A stretch of 63,977 nucleotides of DNA, the filler included, from an uncultured bacterium (GTDB lineage Bacteria; Hinthialibacterota; Hinthialibacteria; Hinthialibacterales; Hinthialibacteraceae), in the NCBI GenBank assembly GCA_964449065.1. It is 11 parts of 11 records of this genome, joined end to end, with 100 filler letters (N's around TTAATTAATTAA, not from the genome) between each part and the next. Parts side by side here need not be neighbours in the genome. Positions count along the whole stretch, not along the records: positions 24,798 to 30,839 come from CAYVAZ010000318.1; positions 30,940 to 36,966 come from CAYVAZ010000319.1; positions 37,067 to 43,042 come from CAYVAZ010000320.1; 8 more parts are not named here. One strand, written 5' to 3'. Both the position numbers and the translations under genes were made by a program. Each line of letters begins with the position of its first letter. Position 1 is the stretch's first letter. The notes under the pieces were generated by a model. That model searched no databases, was not told the DNA's origin, and was given only the letters and a program-made list of their open reading frames with translations. Positions 29,334-40,205 of the stretch are shown here, piece after piece.

Positions 29334-30839
29334 ATGTATGACGTAATCGTGATTGGCGGCGGCCATGCCGGGTGTGAAGCGGCGGCGGCGGCGGCGAAGA
29401 TGGGATGCCGCACGGCCCTACTGACCTTCAGCAAAACGGCTCTCGGCAAGATGTCCTGCAACCCCGCAATTGGCGGGGTGGCCAAGGGCCAACTGGTGCG
29501 CGAAATCGACGCCCTGGGCGGTATCATGGGGCGGGTGGCTGACCGTGCGGGTGTGCATTTCCGCATTCTTAACGCTTCCAAAGGGCCGGCGGTGCGCTCT
29601 CCCCGCGCGCAATCCGACCGCGAACTTTACTCGAAAATCATGCAACAAGAAATCGCCAACATCTCCAATTTGGATGTCGTCGAAGGCGAAGGCACATCCG
29701 TCGTGACCGAAAACGGCAGCGTCACCGGTATCGCCGACCGCAACGGCAACGTTTTGCCGGGCAAAACCGTTATCATCACCACGGGGACATTCTTGGGCGG
29801 TGTGATGCACTTTGGGCTTACAAAGAAATCCGGCGGCCGCGTGGGCGAAAGCCCGGCGCAACTGATGGCGGACTCGCTGCAATCCCTCGGTTTCAAACTG
29901 GGCCGCCTAAAAACCGGCACCCCGGCCCGTTTGGATGCAACTACCATCGATTTCTCGCAGGCGGAAGTCCAGCCGGGCGATGAACCGCCAACCCCGTTTT
30001 CATACCACCCTGATTATGAAGTCAAGAATCAAATCCATTGCTACATCACCCGTACCAATCAAAAAACGCATGATGTAATCCACAATAATTTGGATCAATC
30101 ACCTTTATACACCGGGCAAATTACGGGCATTGGCCCGCGCTATTGCCCTTCCATTGAAGACAAAGTCATGCGCTTTCCGGACAAAACCTCGCACCAAATC
30201 TTTTTAGAGCCGGAAGGCACCAACTGCAACATCGTGTATCCCAACGGCATCTCATCGAGCCTACCGGCTGATGTGCAATTCGAGTTTATCAAAACCATCC
30301 CCGGTTTGGAAAACGTGAAGATGCTGCAAGCCGGTTACGCGGTTGAGTATTACTTCTCCAACCCGCAAGAACTCCACCCTTGGATGGAAACCAAACGGGT
30401 GCCGGGCCTTTTCTTTGCCGGGCAGTTAAATGGAACCACCGGTTATGAAGAAGCCGCCGCCCAAGGTATCATCGCCGGGATGAACGCCGCTTTACATGTA
30501 AAAGGTGAAGAACCATTCATTTTAGGCCGTGATGAAGCCTACATCGGAGTGCTCATTGATGATCTTGTCACAAAAGGGGTAGAAGAACCTTACCGCTTGT
30601 TCACTTCATCCTCCGAGCACCGCTTGCTGCTGCGGCAGGATAACGCGGATTTCCGCCTGACCGAACACGGTTACCGCTTCGGTATGGTCCCGCGTGAATG
30701 GCATGATGAAGTCGAACAATGGAAGCGGGATATCCAAACCGTCAAAAAAGAACTGAGCGAACGGAACGTCAATCCCAGCGAAGGTACCCAAGAGTTGTTC
30801 AACCGGCTTGATATCGGTGCCATCTCACACGGCATTCCA
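29334..30839 (+). CDS. mnmG: tRNA uridine 5-carboxymethylaminomethyl modification enzyme (3'-truncated)
   Basis: [49 protein letters not shown]. Confidence 0.97.
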
Positions 30840-30939
30840 NNNNNNNNNNNNNNNNNNNNNNNNNNNNNNNNNNNNNNNNNNNNTTAATTAATTAANNNNN
30901 NNNNNNNNNNNNNNNNNNNNNNNNNNNNNNNNNNNNNNN

Positions 30940-31034
30940 AACCCTCACCCCGTCCCTCTCCCGGTGGGCGAGGGCGATAGTTTCAGCGAAAAATCAGAAA
31001 AACGGGCATATCAAAATGTAGTGCGTAACATGAG
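30940..31034 (+). mobile_element. MITE family A, right part
   Basis: CCCTCACCCC...GGGCGAGGG hairpin to TGCGTAACATGAG|TTA. Confidence 0.8.
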
Positions 31035-31051
31035 TTATTATAAACGGTTTT

Positions 31052-32095
31052 TTATGTTGTGTTAAGAACGAAATTGTGTTGGATTGCTTGGGCTAACGGT
31101 TTGGCACTTTCCCGTATTACATCAACAACGGGGAGATTGAATTTTTGTTCCAACTTCTCTTTTTCTTCCAAGTATTGCTGTTTGGAACAATCAACAGTGT
31201 TTAATGCAATGCCGATGATTTGTGTTGGAGAAATCGGTTCGCATAGTGTAAGACAAAGATCGATATGCGTTTGTAACGGCGCAATCGGGATGGTATTGCC
31301 GCGTGTGGTTTTTCTTTCCACATGATGGCAAAGCACTATGCCGTGCGGCAGCGAGCCGTGCAGCAAAGAAAGCGTTACCCCGGAGAACCCCGGATGCAGC
31401 AGCGAGCCTTGCCCTTCGATGACCAGCACTTCTTTATCCTGCTGTTGCAGGATCATTTGTTCAACCGCCCCGGCGGTAAAATCCGATATCACCCGGTCGA
31501 TTGCAATCCCGGATTGCGCGATCATAACCCCTGTCTGTCCGGTCGCGATGAATCCCGCGTTCACTCCTTGTGATTGCAACGCCTTGTAAATTTCCAATGT
31601 AGTCACCATCTTGCCGATGTTGCAGTCGGTGCCCATTGTCAAAACGCGAACCGCCTTGGTTTCCCGTACCAGCGCTTTGGCAACCGGCAAGTTTTCAGGG
31701 GCTTTGCGCACATCCCACAGGCGCACGCCGTTTTCTTCCGCCAGAGAATGCAGCACTTCGTTCTCATTCAGCATCACATGCAACCCGCTGTAGATATCCA
31801 TCTTTTGCCGAATGGCTTCTATTATGATGTTCATCCAATCGCTTCCAACGGTTCCCCCTTGCGGCGCCACTCCGATAACCAGAACATTTGGCTGAACCGA
31901 TTGTGCTTCTTGTAAAGAGGTGAATATTGGAACGTCTTGATCGATGCCCAATAGCGTTTTTGTACTTTGCCCGGCAAAATGGCTGTCCAACACCCCAACC
32001 ACTTGTTCGGGCACATAGCGCATCAGCGATACGGCGGTTTTCGAGTTGAATACTCCCAAATTCCCTTCTGTTAACAGCAATAAACGTTTCGGCAT
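31052..32095 (-). CDS. DUF1611-family P-loop protein
   Basis: IGVAPQGG, SGLH, GTDCNIGKM, ATGQTG, IEGQGSL. Confidence 0.88.
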   Translation of the reverse strand: MPKRLLLLTEGNLGVFNSKTAVSLMRYVPEQVVGVLDSHFAGQSTKTLLGIDQDVPIFTSLQEAQSVQPNVLVIGVAPQGGTVGSDWMNIIIEAIRQKMDIYSGLHVMLNENEVLHSLAEENGVRLWDVRKAPENLPVAKALVRETKAVRVLTMGTDCNIGKMVTTLEIYKALQSQGVNAGFIATGQTGVMIAQSGIAIDRVISDFTAGAVEQMILQQQDKEVLVIEGQGSLLHPGFSGVTLSLLHGSLPHGIVLCHHVERKTTRGNTIPIAPLQTHIDLCLTLCEPISPTQIIGIALNTVDCSKQQYLEEKEKLEQKFNLPVVDVIRESAKPLAQAIQHNFVLNTT

Positions 32096-32777
32096 CGATG
32101 ATCCTTCTTTGAATCGTGGATGAATAAAAATGAAGCAAAAACTATGATACCACTTGCGGTTTGAATTCCCGAGTATACGCGGCGTGATTCCAGCGTGAAA
32201 GGAAGACGCTGCGGTTTCATACACCAGACTTCAGATTCGCATCGGGATCAATGGAATTCTACCATTTGCAACGCGTGAGTTTCTTACATACCGTTGTGGA
32301 AATGAGCCGTTACCAATCAGAAGAATTGGGGATTGGCTCCAGTAGAGCAGTTGAACTTTGCTATTTTACTGAATGTTTCAAGTATCGGGAAATAGTTAAA
32401 TAAAAATCTTACTCTACCCGAAATAAAACAGTTTCATCATCTCCAATCCTCTTCCTTTTCCATTCACAGCAGACAAATAACCTCATCCAATGGCAAAATC
32501 GAAATGATAAAAACATCATATCTTATTGATGAAATCGAAAATCATCATTTGCAATCGGCTGAAAGGTGAGAAGATGAATCCAATTTATCAAGTTAGGGGA
32601 GATGCAAAGGAAAGGAGTTACCGACTAATAATGAATAAGATATATTTTTATCTATTATACTTGAAATATTTTATTGCGTAGATAAAATTTATGTGAACGG
32701 TTCACGATCCAGCCTGCGACGGAGGCAGACCACTTTTCTGTTCGTAAACCGAGGGCAGTGGAAAAGGAATTTTTCTT

Positions 32778-33290
32778 ATGGAAAAGGTTATGCAAATTGA
32801 TACTTCCCCTCCCGAACTTCCTTCCGACGACAAACGCTGGAAGCGAGTGAACACCACCATGCGGAAATACGGCTACAAACCGCATGCACTGATTGAAACG
32901 CTCCACACGGTGCAAGAGTTGTTTGGGTATTTGGATGAAACGGCCTTTCATTTTGTCGCGCGGGGATTGCGGGTTCCGCTCAGTCAAATTTATGGCGTGG
33001 CAACGTTTTATCATTACTTTAATATGAAACCGCAGGGCGATCATACTTGCGTGGTCTGCACGGGCACGGCTTGTTATATCAAAGGAGTACCGGAAATCAT
33101 GAATGCGGTGGATTCCAAATGCGGATTAAAACCGGATGAAACCACACCGGATAACAAAGTGTCGTTCTTGACCGCCCGGTGTGTTGGTGCGTGCGGCCTG
33201 GCGCCGGTGGTTGTTTATGACGAAGATTTAATCGGCTATCAAAACCCAGATGACGTGGTCAAACGCATAGAAGAGTGGAGAGAATCATGA
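32778..33290 (+). CDS. hoxE: Bidirectional hydrogenase subunit E (NuoE-like)
   Basis: YGVATFYHYF, CTGTAC, CVGAC. Confidence 0.92.
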   Translation: MEKVMQIDTSPPELPSDDKRWKRVNTTMRKYGYKPHALIETLHTVQELFGYLDETAFHFVARGLRVPLSQIYGVATFYHYFNMKPQGDHTCVVCTGTACYIKGVPEIMNAVDSKCGLKPDETTPDNKVSFLTARCVGACGLAPVVVYDEDLIGYQNPDDVVKRIEEWRES

Positions 33291-34966
33291 CACCGGAAGA
33301 ACTGAGAGAACAAATCCACAAGCACGGCAAAAAGCTGAATTCGTACAAACACCATGTCAATGTGTGTGCGGCGGCGGGATGTGTTTCGGCGGGCAGCGGG
33401 CAACTCATCGAATCGATGCAATCGACGGTGAAAGAAAAAGGCTTGCAGCACGACTGTCTGGTTCGGGGCGTGGGCTGTATGGGGCTCTGCTCGAAAGGGC
33501 CGCTTGTCTCGGTTGATCACGATAAAGTGATGTATGAGATGGTGAAATCCGAACATGCGGACAAGATCATCAGCAGCCTGGATAAAAAACCAGTATCGTC
33601 GATCGTGTGCGATACCTCCATCCCGTTCTTCAGCAGGCAAGAAAAAGTGGTGTTGGAGAACAGCGGCTGCATTGATCCCGAAAACCTGGACGATTATTTA
33701 AATGCCGGCGGTTATGAAGCCTTAATTGACTGCATCTCCGACCGCGGTTCCAATGAGATTATCGACATTGTTACCGACAGCGGTCTGCGCGGGCGCGGCG
33801 GCGGCGGGTATCCCACCGGCCTCAAGTGGGGAACCGTTGAAAAGGCGGATGGAAAAACCAAATATGTGGTCTGTAACGCCGACGAAGGCGACCCCGGCGC
33901 GTTTATGGACCGCTGTATATTAGAGAGCGACCCCCACCGAGTGATCGAAGGCATGGCCATCGCTGCCATGGCTGTCGGCGCACAGTACGGCTATGTATAC
34001 GTTCGCGCGGAATATCCGCTGGCGATTGCCCGCCTGCGCAAAGCCATCAACCAAGCCAGACGATACAATTTGTTGGGAGACAGCATTTTAGGCTCTCCCT
34101 TCAGTTTCTCAATTGAAATTCGCCTTGGGGCGGGGGCGTTTGTTTGTGGAGAAGAGACCGCGCTGATCGCTTCGATTCAGGGATTAAGGGGAACGCCGCG
34201 GCCGCGCCCTCCCTACCCGGCTGAGCTTGGTGTATGGGGTTGCCCAACGCTCATCAACAATGTGGAAACCTATGCCAATGTCCCTCCGATTTTACGAAAC
34301 GGGGCCGAATGGTACGCCGGTAAAGGAACCGACTGCAGCAAAGGCACCAAAGTCTTCGCGTTGGCCGGTCAAGTTAAGAATACGGGGCTCATCGAAGTGC
34401 CGATGGGAATCACGCTGCGGGAAATTATTTTTGATATCGGCGGCGGGGTACCGGAAGGCCGCAAGTTCAAAGCGGTGCAAACCGGCGGTCCATCCGGCGG
34501 CTGCATTCCGGAAGCGCATTTGGATATCCCCGTCGATTATGAATCGCTGCGGGAGTTTAAATCCATCATGGGTTCGGGCGGGATGATTGTTATGGATGAA
34601 AGCTCGGACATGGTGGATGTCGCCCGCTTCTTCATGGAATTTTGTGTATCCGAATCCTGCGGCAAGTGCGTGCCATGCCGGGCGGGCACGCCGCAGATGT
34701 TAACCCTGCTGGAAACAATCGCGGCCGGCAATGGCACGGACGGCGATTTGGAAATGTTGAAAGACTTATGCGAGATGACCCAAAAAACCAGCTTGTGTGG
34801 ATTGGGGCAAACCGCGCCCAATCCGGTGTTAAGCACGCTGCATTTTTTTGAAGATGAATACACGGGAAAACTGATTAAAACCAACGGCAAAAAGAAACAA
34901 ACGGCGAAGAGTAAACCCCGCGGAAAAACCAAATCCTCCCGGCCGGGAAAGAAGGTGAACGCATGA
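33287..34966 (+). CDS. hoxF: Bidirectional hydrogenase diaphorase large subunit
   Basis: GLRGRGGGGYPTG, CNADEGDPGA, CGEETAL, SCGKCVPCR. Confidence 0.92.
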   Translation: MTPEELREQIHKHGKKLNSYKHHVNVCAAAGCVSAGSGQLIESMQSTVKEKGLQHDCLVRGVGCMGLCSKGPLVSVDHDKVMYEMVKSEHADKIISSLDKKPVSSIVCDTSIPFFSRQEKVVLENSGCIDPENLDDYLNAGGYEALIDCISDRGSNEIIDIVTDSGLRGRGGGGYPTGLKWGTVEKADGKTKYVVCNADEGDPGAFMDRCILESDPHRVIEGMAIAAMAVGAQYGYVYVRAEYPLAIARLRKAINQARRYNLLGDSILGSPFSFSIEIRLGAGAFVCGEETALIASIQGLRGTPRPRPPYPAELGVWGCPTLINNVETYANVPPILRNGAEWYAGKGTDCSKGTKVFALAGQVKNTGLIEVPMGITLREIIFDIGGGVPEGRKFKAVQTGGPSGGCIPEAHLDIPVDYESLREFKSIMGSGGMIVMDESSDMVDVARFFMEFCVSESCGKCVPCRAGTPQMLTLLETIAAGNGTDGDLEMLKDLCEMTQKTSLCGLGQTAPNPVLSTLHFFEDEYTGKLIKTNGKKKQTAKSKPRGKTKSSRPGKKVNA

Positions 34967-35679
34967 ATCCCAGCAAAGTTAAAACCCTCACGATTGATGA
35001 CCGTCCGGTCAGTGCGCGTTCCGGCACCACTATTTTACAAGTCGCCCGCGACAACGGTATCTTTATCCCCACACTTTGCGCCCTGGACGGTTTGAGTTCA
35101 GTGAGTGCATGCCGGTTGTGTTTGGTGGAAATTAAAGGCTTAAACAAAATGGTTCCCGCCTGTGTCACGCAGATTTTTGAAGGCATGCAGGTGGTGACCG
35201 AATCCGAAGAACTTTCAAAAAACCGCAAGATGATTTTGGCGCTGCTGTTTGCGGAACGGAATCACATCTGCTCGATTTGCGTCTCGAACGGGCAGTGTGA
35301 ATTGCAATCCATGGCGCAAAAACTTGGGCTGGATCACGTGCATGTGCCCTACCGCTTCCCGGTGCATGAAGTCGATGCGTCTCATCCGCGTTTTATCGCC
35401 GATAATAACCGGTGCATCTTATGCACCCGCTGTGTCCGTGTATGCGAAGAGATCGAAGGCGCCAACACATGGGGTGTCATCAACCGCGGGGAGAAATGCA
35501 AAGTCGTTACCGATCTCAACCAGCCGTGGGGCGAATCCGAAACCTGTACTTCGTGCAGCAAATGCGTCCAAGTTTGCCCGACCGGCGCGCTGATTGAAAA
35601 AGGCCGGACATCTACGGACCGGTACAAAAAGAAAGAATTTTTACCCTATCTGACTATGATGCGTAAGGAGCAATCATGA
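34963..35679 (+). CDS. hoxU: Bidirectional hydrogenase diaphorase small subunit
   Basis: PTLC..ACRLC, HICSIC..C, CILCTRC, CTSCSKCVQVCP. Confidence 0.92.
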   Translation: MNPSKVKTLTIDDRPVSARSGTTILQVARDNGIFIPTLCALDGLSSVSACRLCLVEIKGLNKMVPACVTQIFEGMQVVTESEELSKNRKMILALLFAERNHICSICVSNGQCELQSMAQKLGLDHVHVPYRFPVHEVDASHPRFIADNNRCILCTRCVRVCEEIEGANTWGVINRGEKCKVVTDLNQPWGESETCTSCSKCVQVCPTGALIEKGRTSTDRYKKKEFLPYLTMMRKEQS

Positions 35680-36209
35680 GCAAACTCCGCATTGCAACAA
35701 CCTGGCTGGACGGCTGCTCGGGCTGCCATATGTCGTTTGTGGATCTGGATGAGCGCTTAATGGTTTTGGCGGACAAAGTGGAAGTGGTGTACGGGCCATT
35801 GGTGGATCATAAAGAAATCCCCGCCAATATCGACCTGACAATCGTAGAAGGCGCGGTAAGCAACGAAGATGATCTCGAAAAAATCAAACTGCTGCGTGAA
35901 CGGACAAAGGTGTTGGCTTCGCTGGGTGATTGCGCGGTTACCGGCAATGTTCCAGCGATGCGGAATCCCTTTCCGCTGGATGATGTGCTGGACCGCGCCT
36001 ACCGGGAAAATGTGGATATCAGCGCGCAGATTCCACAGGTATCGATACCAAAACTTTTCCCGAAAGTGCGCCCGCTGCATGAGGTAGTGCAGGTGGATCT
36101 CTTTATCCCCGGATGCCCGCCCTCATCCGATGCGATTGATTACATATTGACCGAATTAATTGAAGGACGGACACCGGAAATCAGCCAAGTCACACGCTTT
36201 GGTGCATAA
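35676..36209 (+). CDS. hoxY: [NiFe]-hydrogenase small subunit
   Basis: WLDGCSGCHMS, GDCA, PGCPP. Confidence 0.92.
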   Translation: MSKLRIATTWLDGCSGCHMSFVDLDERLMVLADKVEVVYGPLVDHKEIPANIDLTIVEGAVSNEDDLEKIKLLRERTKVLASLGDCAVTGNVPAMRNPFPLDDVLDRAYRENVDISAQIPQVSIPKLFPKVRPLHEVVQVDLFIPGCPPSSDAIDYILTELIEGRTPEISQVTRFGA

Positions 36210-36247
36210 ACGCTTGATTCGCATCTGAAAAAACAAGGAGATAAGCA

Positions 36248-36966
36248 ATGGCAAATGTTATCACCATAGATCCCGTTACCCGGATTGAGGGACATGCCAA
36301 GATCACAATTTACACCAACAAAGACGGTTCCGTGAAAGATGCCGTCTTTCATGTCACCCAATTTCGGGGATTTGAAAAACTGATCGAAGGCCGTCCCTTT
36401 ACGGAAATGCCAGCCATCATGGCGCGCATTTGCGGCATTTGTCCGGTTAGTCATTTGGTGGCATCGTCTAAAGCTTGTGACGATATTCTTGCCGTGCGCA
36501 TTCCCCGTGTAGCCAAACAATTGCGGCGTGTTCTTAACCTGGCGCAGTTGGTGCAGTCTCATGCGTTAAGTTTCTTTCACCTCAGTTCTCCGGATTTGAT
36601 CTTGGGGATGGATAGCGACCCCAACGAACGCAATATCTTCGGCTTGATGAACCAAAAGCCCGAACTGGCCAAAAACGGTATCCGGCTGCGGAAGTTCGGC
36701 CAGCAAATTATTGAGTGGCTGGGCGGCAAGCGCATTCATCCCGCATGGGTGGTAGCGGGCGGCGTGAGTCATCCGCTGACGGAAGACAACCGCCGGCGCA
36801 TAATAGAGGGCATTCCGGAAGCGCTGGATATCACCCAAAAAACAGTGGGCTTTTTTAAAACGATATTAGACGATTACGCGGAAGAAATTCGCACCTTCGG
36901 CAATTTTCCCTCTTTGTTTATGGGACTGGTGAATGACCGCGATGAATTGGAACATTACGACGGTAC
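36248..36966 (+). CDS. hoxH: [NiFe]-hydrogenase large subunit (3'-truncated)
   Basis: [23 protein letters not shown] (L1 motif). Confidence 0.92.
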
Positions 36967-37130
36967 NNNNNNNNNNNNNNNNNNNNNNNNNNNNNNNNNN
37001 NNNNNNNNNNTTAATTAATTAANNNNNNNNNNNNNNNNNNNNNNNNNNNNNNNNNNNNNNNNNNNNTCATCTGTCAACACGTTACAAGCCAATCCATGGT
37101 GGGCTACGCTTCGCTTTGAGCCCACCTTAC

Positions 37131-37415
37131 TTATTCTTCGTCACTCACCCGTACCAATGTCGGTGTGTTCTTCTCCTGCTGCCCGGCCGCGAAGTCGCTC
37201 CCGCCGAACATGCAGGATAAATCCACTTTGGTATGCTTGCATTCCACCGGTTTTTCATCTTCTCCCGGAAACTGAATCAAACTGCGGATGAAACTCTCAA
37301 AATATCCATCTTCTTTATGCTTCGAACGCCCGCATTTACCGCAGTCATGGATGCAGGCGTGAGAGACAGGCTCTTTCTCAATCTGTATGGGTTGTATGGG
37401 CAATCCGGTTTCCAT
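37131..37415 (-). CDS. Small Cys-containing hypothetical protein
   Basis: Starts 5 nt after the ferredoxin-protein stop; CIHDCGKC. Confidence 0.5.
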   Translation of the reverse strand: METGLPIQPIQIEKEPVSHACIHDCGKCGRSKHKEDGYFESFIRSLIQFPGEDEKPVECKHTKVDLSCMFGGSDFAAGQQEKNTPTLVRVSDEE

Positions 37416-37420
37416 TATCG

Positions 37421-38239
37421 TTACGGCTGCTCCGCGAGTTTCTTGGCTTTGGCTTGGATTTGATCCATACTCGGCAGCGATTGCAACACCGAATCGGGGA
37501 TATCCAAATCCTTCTGCAATTTTGTAAGACAGCGCTTCCGTTCTTTCAGCGCTTTGTCTTCGTCGCGTTCTTTTGAGAAGCGTGTTTTTGCACGGTCACG
37601 CCGTTCGCGCAACGACGCGTAGATATCTCCGCCCAGCAACGATGAAATATCCACCTTCATTTTTTCGCGCTGCAAATCTTCTTCGCTGACCTCATCGCCG
37701 TTGATGGGGCCGCCGCGGTATTTTGGAAAGATAATCGCCACTTCAGGGCATACCCGTGAGCACGCCGGGCAATCGGTTTTGCAGTTGGTTGGATTTTGCA
37801 CTTGAATCTGCTGCTTGTCATCCATGCCGTACACATCAAACAAGCAAAAACTCAAGCATTGCAGACAATTGGTGCAGCGGTCGTAATCTATCGCTGGGAA
37901 CCACGGTTTCCACTGCCCCGGCTTTCGCATATTGATGGATTCGCGTTTTTCCTCCAGCGTTTGCGGGAGCGTATCCAAACTGATATCTTCCAGCGATTCA
38001 AAAAAGAAGGACGCCCCGTCATTCGATTGCTGCAAGCGGTCGGGGTGCCCGTTCGGGAATTTGCCCAACACAAAATACGAATAGCCTTCATCCAATTCCA
38101 ACAGCGAATCGCTTCCGGTAACGACGGTTTCATAGCCATTGTCGATTACCGCACGCAGTGCCGATATCCGCTCTTCTATCGAAAGCGGAACCGCGCCTTC
38201 TCCTTCATACAAAACCACTTTCATCATCGGTGCCGTCAT
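37421..38239 (-). CDS. 4Fe-4S dicluster ferredoxin-family protein with N- and C-terminal extensions
   Basis: WFPAIDYDRCTNCLQCLSFC and CKTDCPACSRVCP. Confidence 0.85.
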   Translation of the reverse strand: MTAPMMKVVLYEGEGAVPLSIEERISALRAVIDNGYETVVTGSDSLLELDEGYSYFVLGKFPNGHPDRLQQSNDGASFFFESLEDISLDTLPQTLEEKRESINMRKPGQWKPWFPAIDYDRCTNCLQCLSFCLFDVYGMDDKQQIQVQNPTNCKTDCPACSRVCPEVAIIFPKYRGGPINGDEVSEEDLQREKMKVDISSLLGGDIYASLRERRDRAKTRFSKERDEDKALKERKRCLTKLQKDLDIPDSVLQSLPSMDQIQAKAKKLAEQP

Positions 38240-38592
38240 GAGTCCTCACTCCCAACTGTGGAAGTCGATTCCACGCCTACGTTGTTCAAAATCTCTTCCG
38301 CGGATTGTTCGCGCATGTTGTGTATGGTAATGTCGTCCGGATATTCAAATCCCGCTTGCTTATAAAGCGCTTTTACCGCGCGGGGATAGCAGGCGATAAT
38401 CTGCAATTCACCCGCCTTGGCACGTTGATCCATCATCGGGTCTTTGCGCGATGCCATTTCGCACAGATCGGGCGCCGCGTGAAACGGTTGGCCGGATGCC
38501 GCCAAGCCGTCCAATACCTCATCTTTCACGTTTTTATCGACAACCCGCGCGTACTTGCAATGGCAATATAAAATATTCTTTTTCTCTGTCAT
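38236..38592 (-). CDS. Small Fe-S protein resembling the HdrA N-terminal domain
   Basis: ILYCHC...DLC...IIACYPR...NMREQ parallels HdrA VFxCHC...C...ACSPR...NIRE. Confidence 0.6.
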   Translation of the reverse strand: MTEKKNILYCHCKYARVVDKNVKDEVLDGLAASGQPFHAAPDLCEMASRKDPMMDQRAKAGELQIIACYPRAVKALYKQAGFEYPDDITIHNMREQSAEEILNNVGVESTSTVGSEDS

Positions 38593-38690
38593 AGTTGACC
38601 AATTTTATCAAGTTTAGTTTATAGTAGAGATTGTAAATTCACCGTCAAGATTATATACGTTCTATATTCGTTTCTCTATCGCAGGATGTT

Positions 38691-39809
38691 TTACACGATA
38701 TTCACAATTCTATGTTCCGGCTCCGGTTTCGCGGGTTGAAAGTGCTCAATATGGTCTATTGTATAATCAAATTGGAATTGGTTACCACAAACCGCCATCG
38801 CCTGTTCCACGATTCGGTTTAAATCACCGGATTCACTTTCCGCTCTCATGTTTATGATCAGTTGCCCGTTTTTTACCGGTTCTTCCAAGCGCTCGGATAA
38901 TTCCGGCACATAATCGTTCCGCACCAGATTGATGGACGCGATATCGCCCAATCCTTCATGCGGAACCAGTGTCATCTTCAAATGCGCGATCTCGTTTTCC
39001 TGCTGATTGGATGCTTGCTGCAAAAATTGCGCCGCGGCTTCCAAAAAGGTATTGCCGTCAAATTCGCGGTCCGATTTCAATGCAACCGTGGCATTCAGCC
39101 ATCCAAGCAATGCCTCACCCTCGGCGTAAATGTCATAATCCACATCCATGGTTTTGCGTTCATTGATTTCTTCATTGAGAACGGTATCAAACCATTCCAG
39201 CAAGCCATCACCGTTGCGTGCGGAACAGATAAAGATGCCTTTGGGATGAAACCGCGTTTCCAACTCAGACCGCAATGTCCGCAAGAGTTCCGCGTCGGCA
39301 ATATCGGATTTGTTGATGACGATATAGTCCGCTTCTTCCAACTGCTTATTGTAGACATAGATAACTTTTTCCGAAAACTTCGGCCCGGGCTGTAGGCCCA
39401 TAATGCGGCCGGCGCGTACCGGATCAATCAACACACTTAGTGGAGAAATCACATACTGCTCACCATACATCCGGCGCAGAGGATAACTGACGGTCGCCAC
39501 CAAATCGGTGCAGCTGCCCACCGGTTCGGCGATAAACACATCGGGAATTTCTTGCTCGGAGAGTTTTTTTGCGGCTTCGACCAACGAATTAAATTTACAG
39601 CAAAAACAGCCTCCGGGAATCTCTTCCACATCAAAACCGCTCTTACGCACCAACGCGGTATCAACCAACCCGGTGCTTTGATCGTTGGTAATCAACCCGG
39701 TGTTGACGTTATGCTCATTGAGGTATTTTGCCAACTGAATCACGGCGGTGGTTTTCCCCGAACCCAAAAACCCCCCGATCATCACATATCGCGCTTTACT
39801 CGTGGTCAC
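38691..39809 (-). CDS. CobW/P47K (COG0523) G3E-family metal GTPase
   Basis: GGFLGSGKTT, GGCFCC, EPVG, INKSD. Confidence 0.9.
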   Translation of the reverse strand: MTTSKARYVMIGGFLGSGKTTAVIQLAKYLNEHNVNTGLITNDQSTGLVDTALVRKSGFDVEEIPGGCFCCKFNSLVEAAKKLSEQEIPDVFIAEPVGSCTDLVATVSYPLRRMYGEQYVISPLSVLIDPVRAGRIMGLQPGPKFSEKVIYVYNKQLEEADYIVINKSDIADAELLRTLRSELETRFHPKGIFICSARNGDGLLEWFDTVLNEEINERKTMDVDYDIYAEGEALLGWLNATVALKSDREFDGNTFLEAAAQFLQQASNQQENEIAHLKMTLVPHEGLGDIASINLVRNDYVPELSERLEEPVKNGQLIINMRAESESGDLNRIVEQAMAVCGNQFQFDYTIDHIEHFQPAKPEPEHRIVNIV

Positions 39810-40095
39810 GCTGCATCTCCTCTTTTTCCTGCATTTTGTCGATGGTGGTATTCAGCAGAAGGATATAATCATCCACGTTCATGCACCGCTCATCCGGTGT
39901 GCCTTCCGCCATGTACAGCCACCCTTTATCATACGGGAAATCCGAAACCTGGCTGTAATCTTCCAACAAGACCGGATTCATCCCCTGAAACGATCCATCA
40001 ACAATCGCATACAAATCACTAACCGCTTTAAAGGCTTCGATACTCCCCAATACATCGCCGGTCTGGATCGCATCCCCCTCTTTAACTTCAAACTG
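39796..40095 (-). CDS. GcvH-like lipoyl-carrier paralogue (5' end lost in scaffold gap)
   Basis: QFEVKEGDAIQTGDVLGSIEAFKAVSDLY...N....PYDKGWLY; lipoyl Lys retained. Confidence 0.75.
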   Translation of the reverse strand, partial: QFEVKEGDAIQTGDVLGSIEAFKAVSDLYAIVDGSFQGMNPVLLEDYSQVSDFPYDKGWLYMAEGTPDERCMNVDDYILLLNTTIDKMQEKEEMQRDHE

Positions 40096-40205
40096 NNNNN
40101 NNNNNNNNNNNNNNNNNNNNNNNNNNNNNNNNNNNNNNNNNNNNNNNNNNNNNNNNNNNNNNNNNNNNNNNNNNNNNNNNNNNNNNNNNNNNNNNTTTGG
40201 GGAGA

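Noticed and set aside
32691..32707. Canonical Rex or CRP/FNR site upstream of hoxE
   Set aside because: Half-site spacing is one base short for both; kept only as an unassigned palindrome
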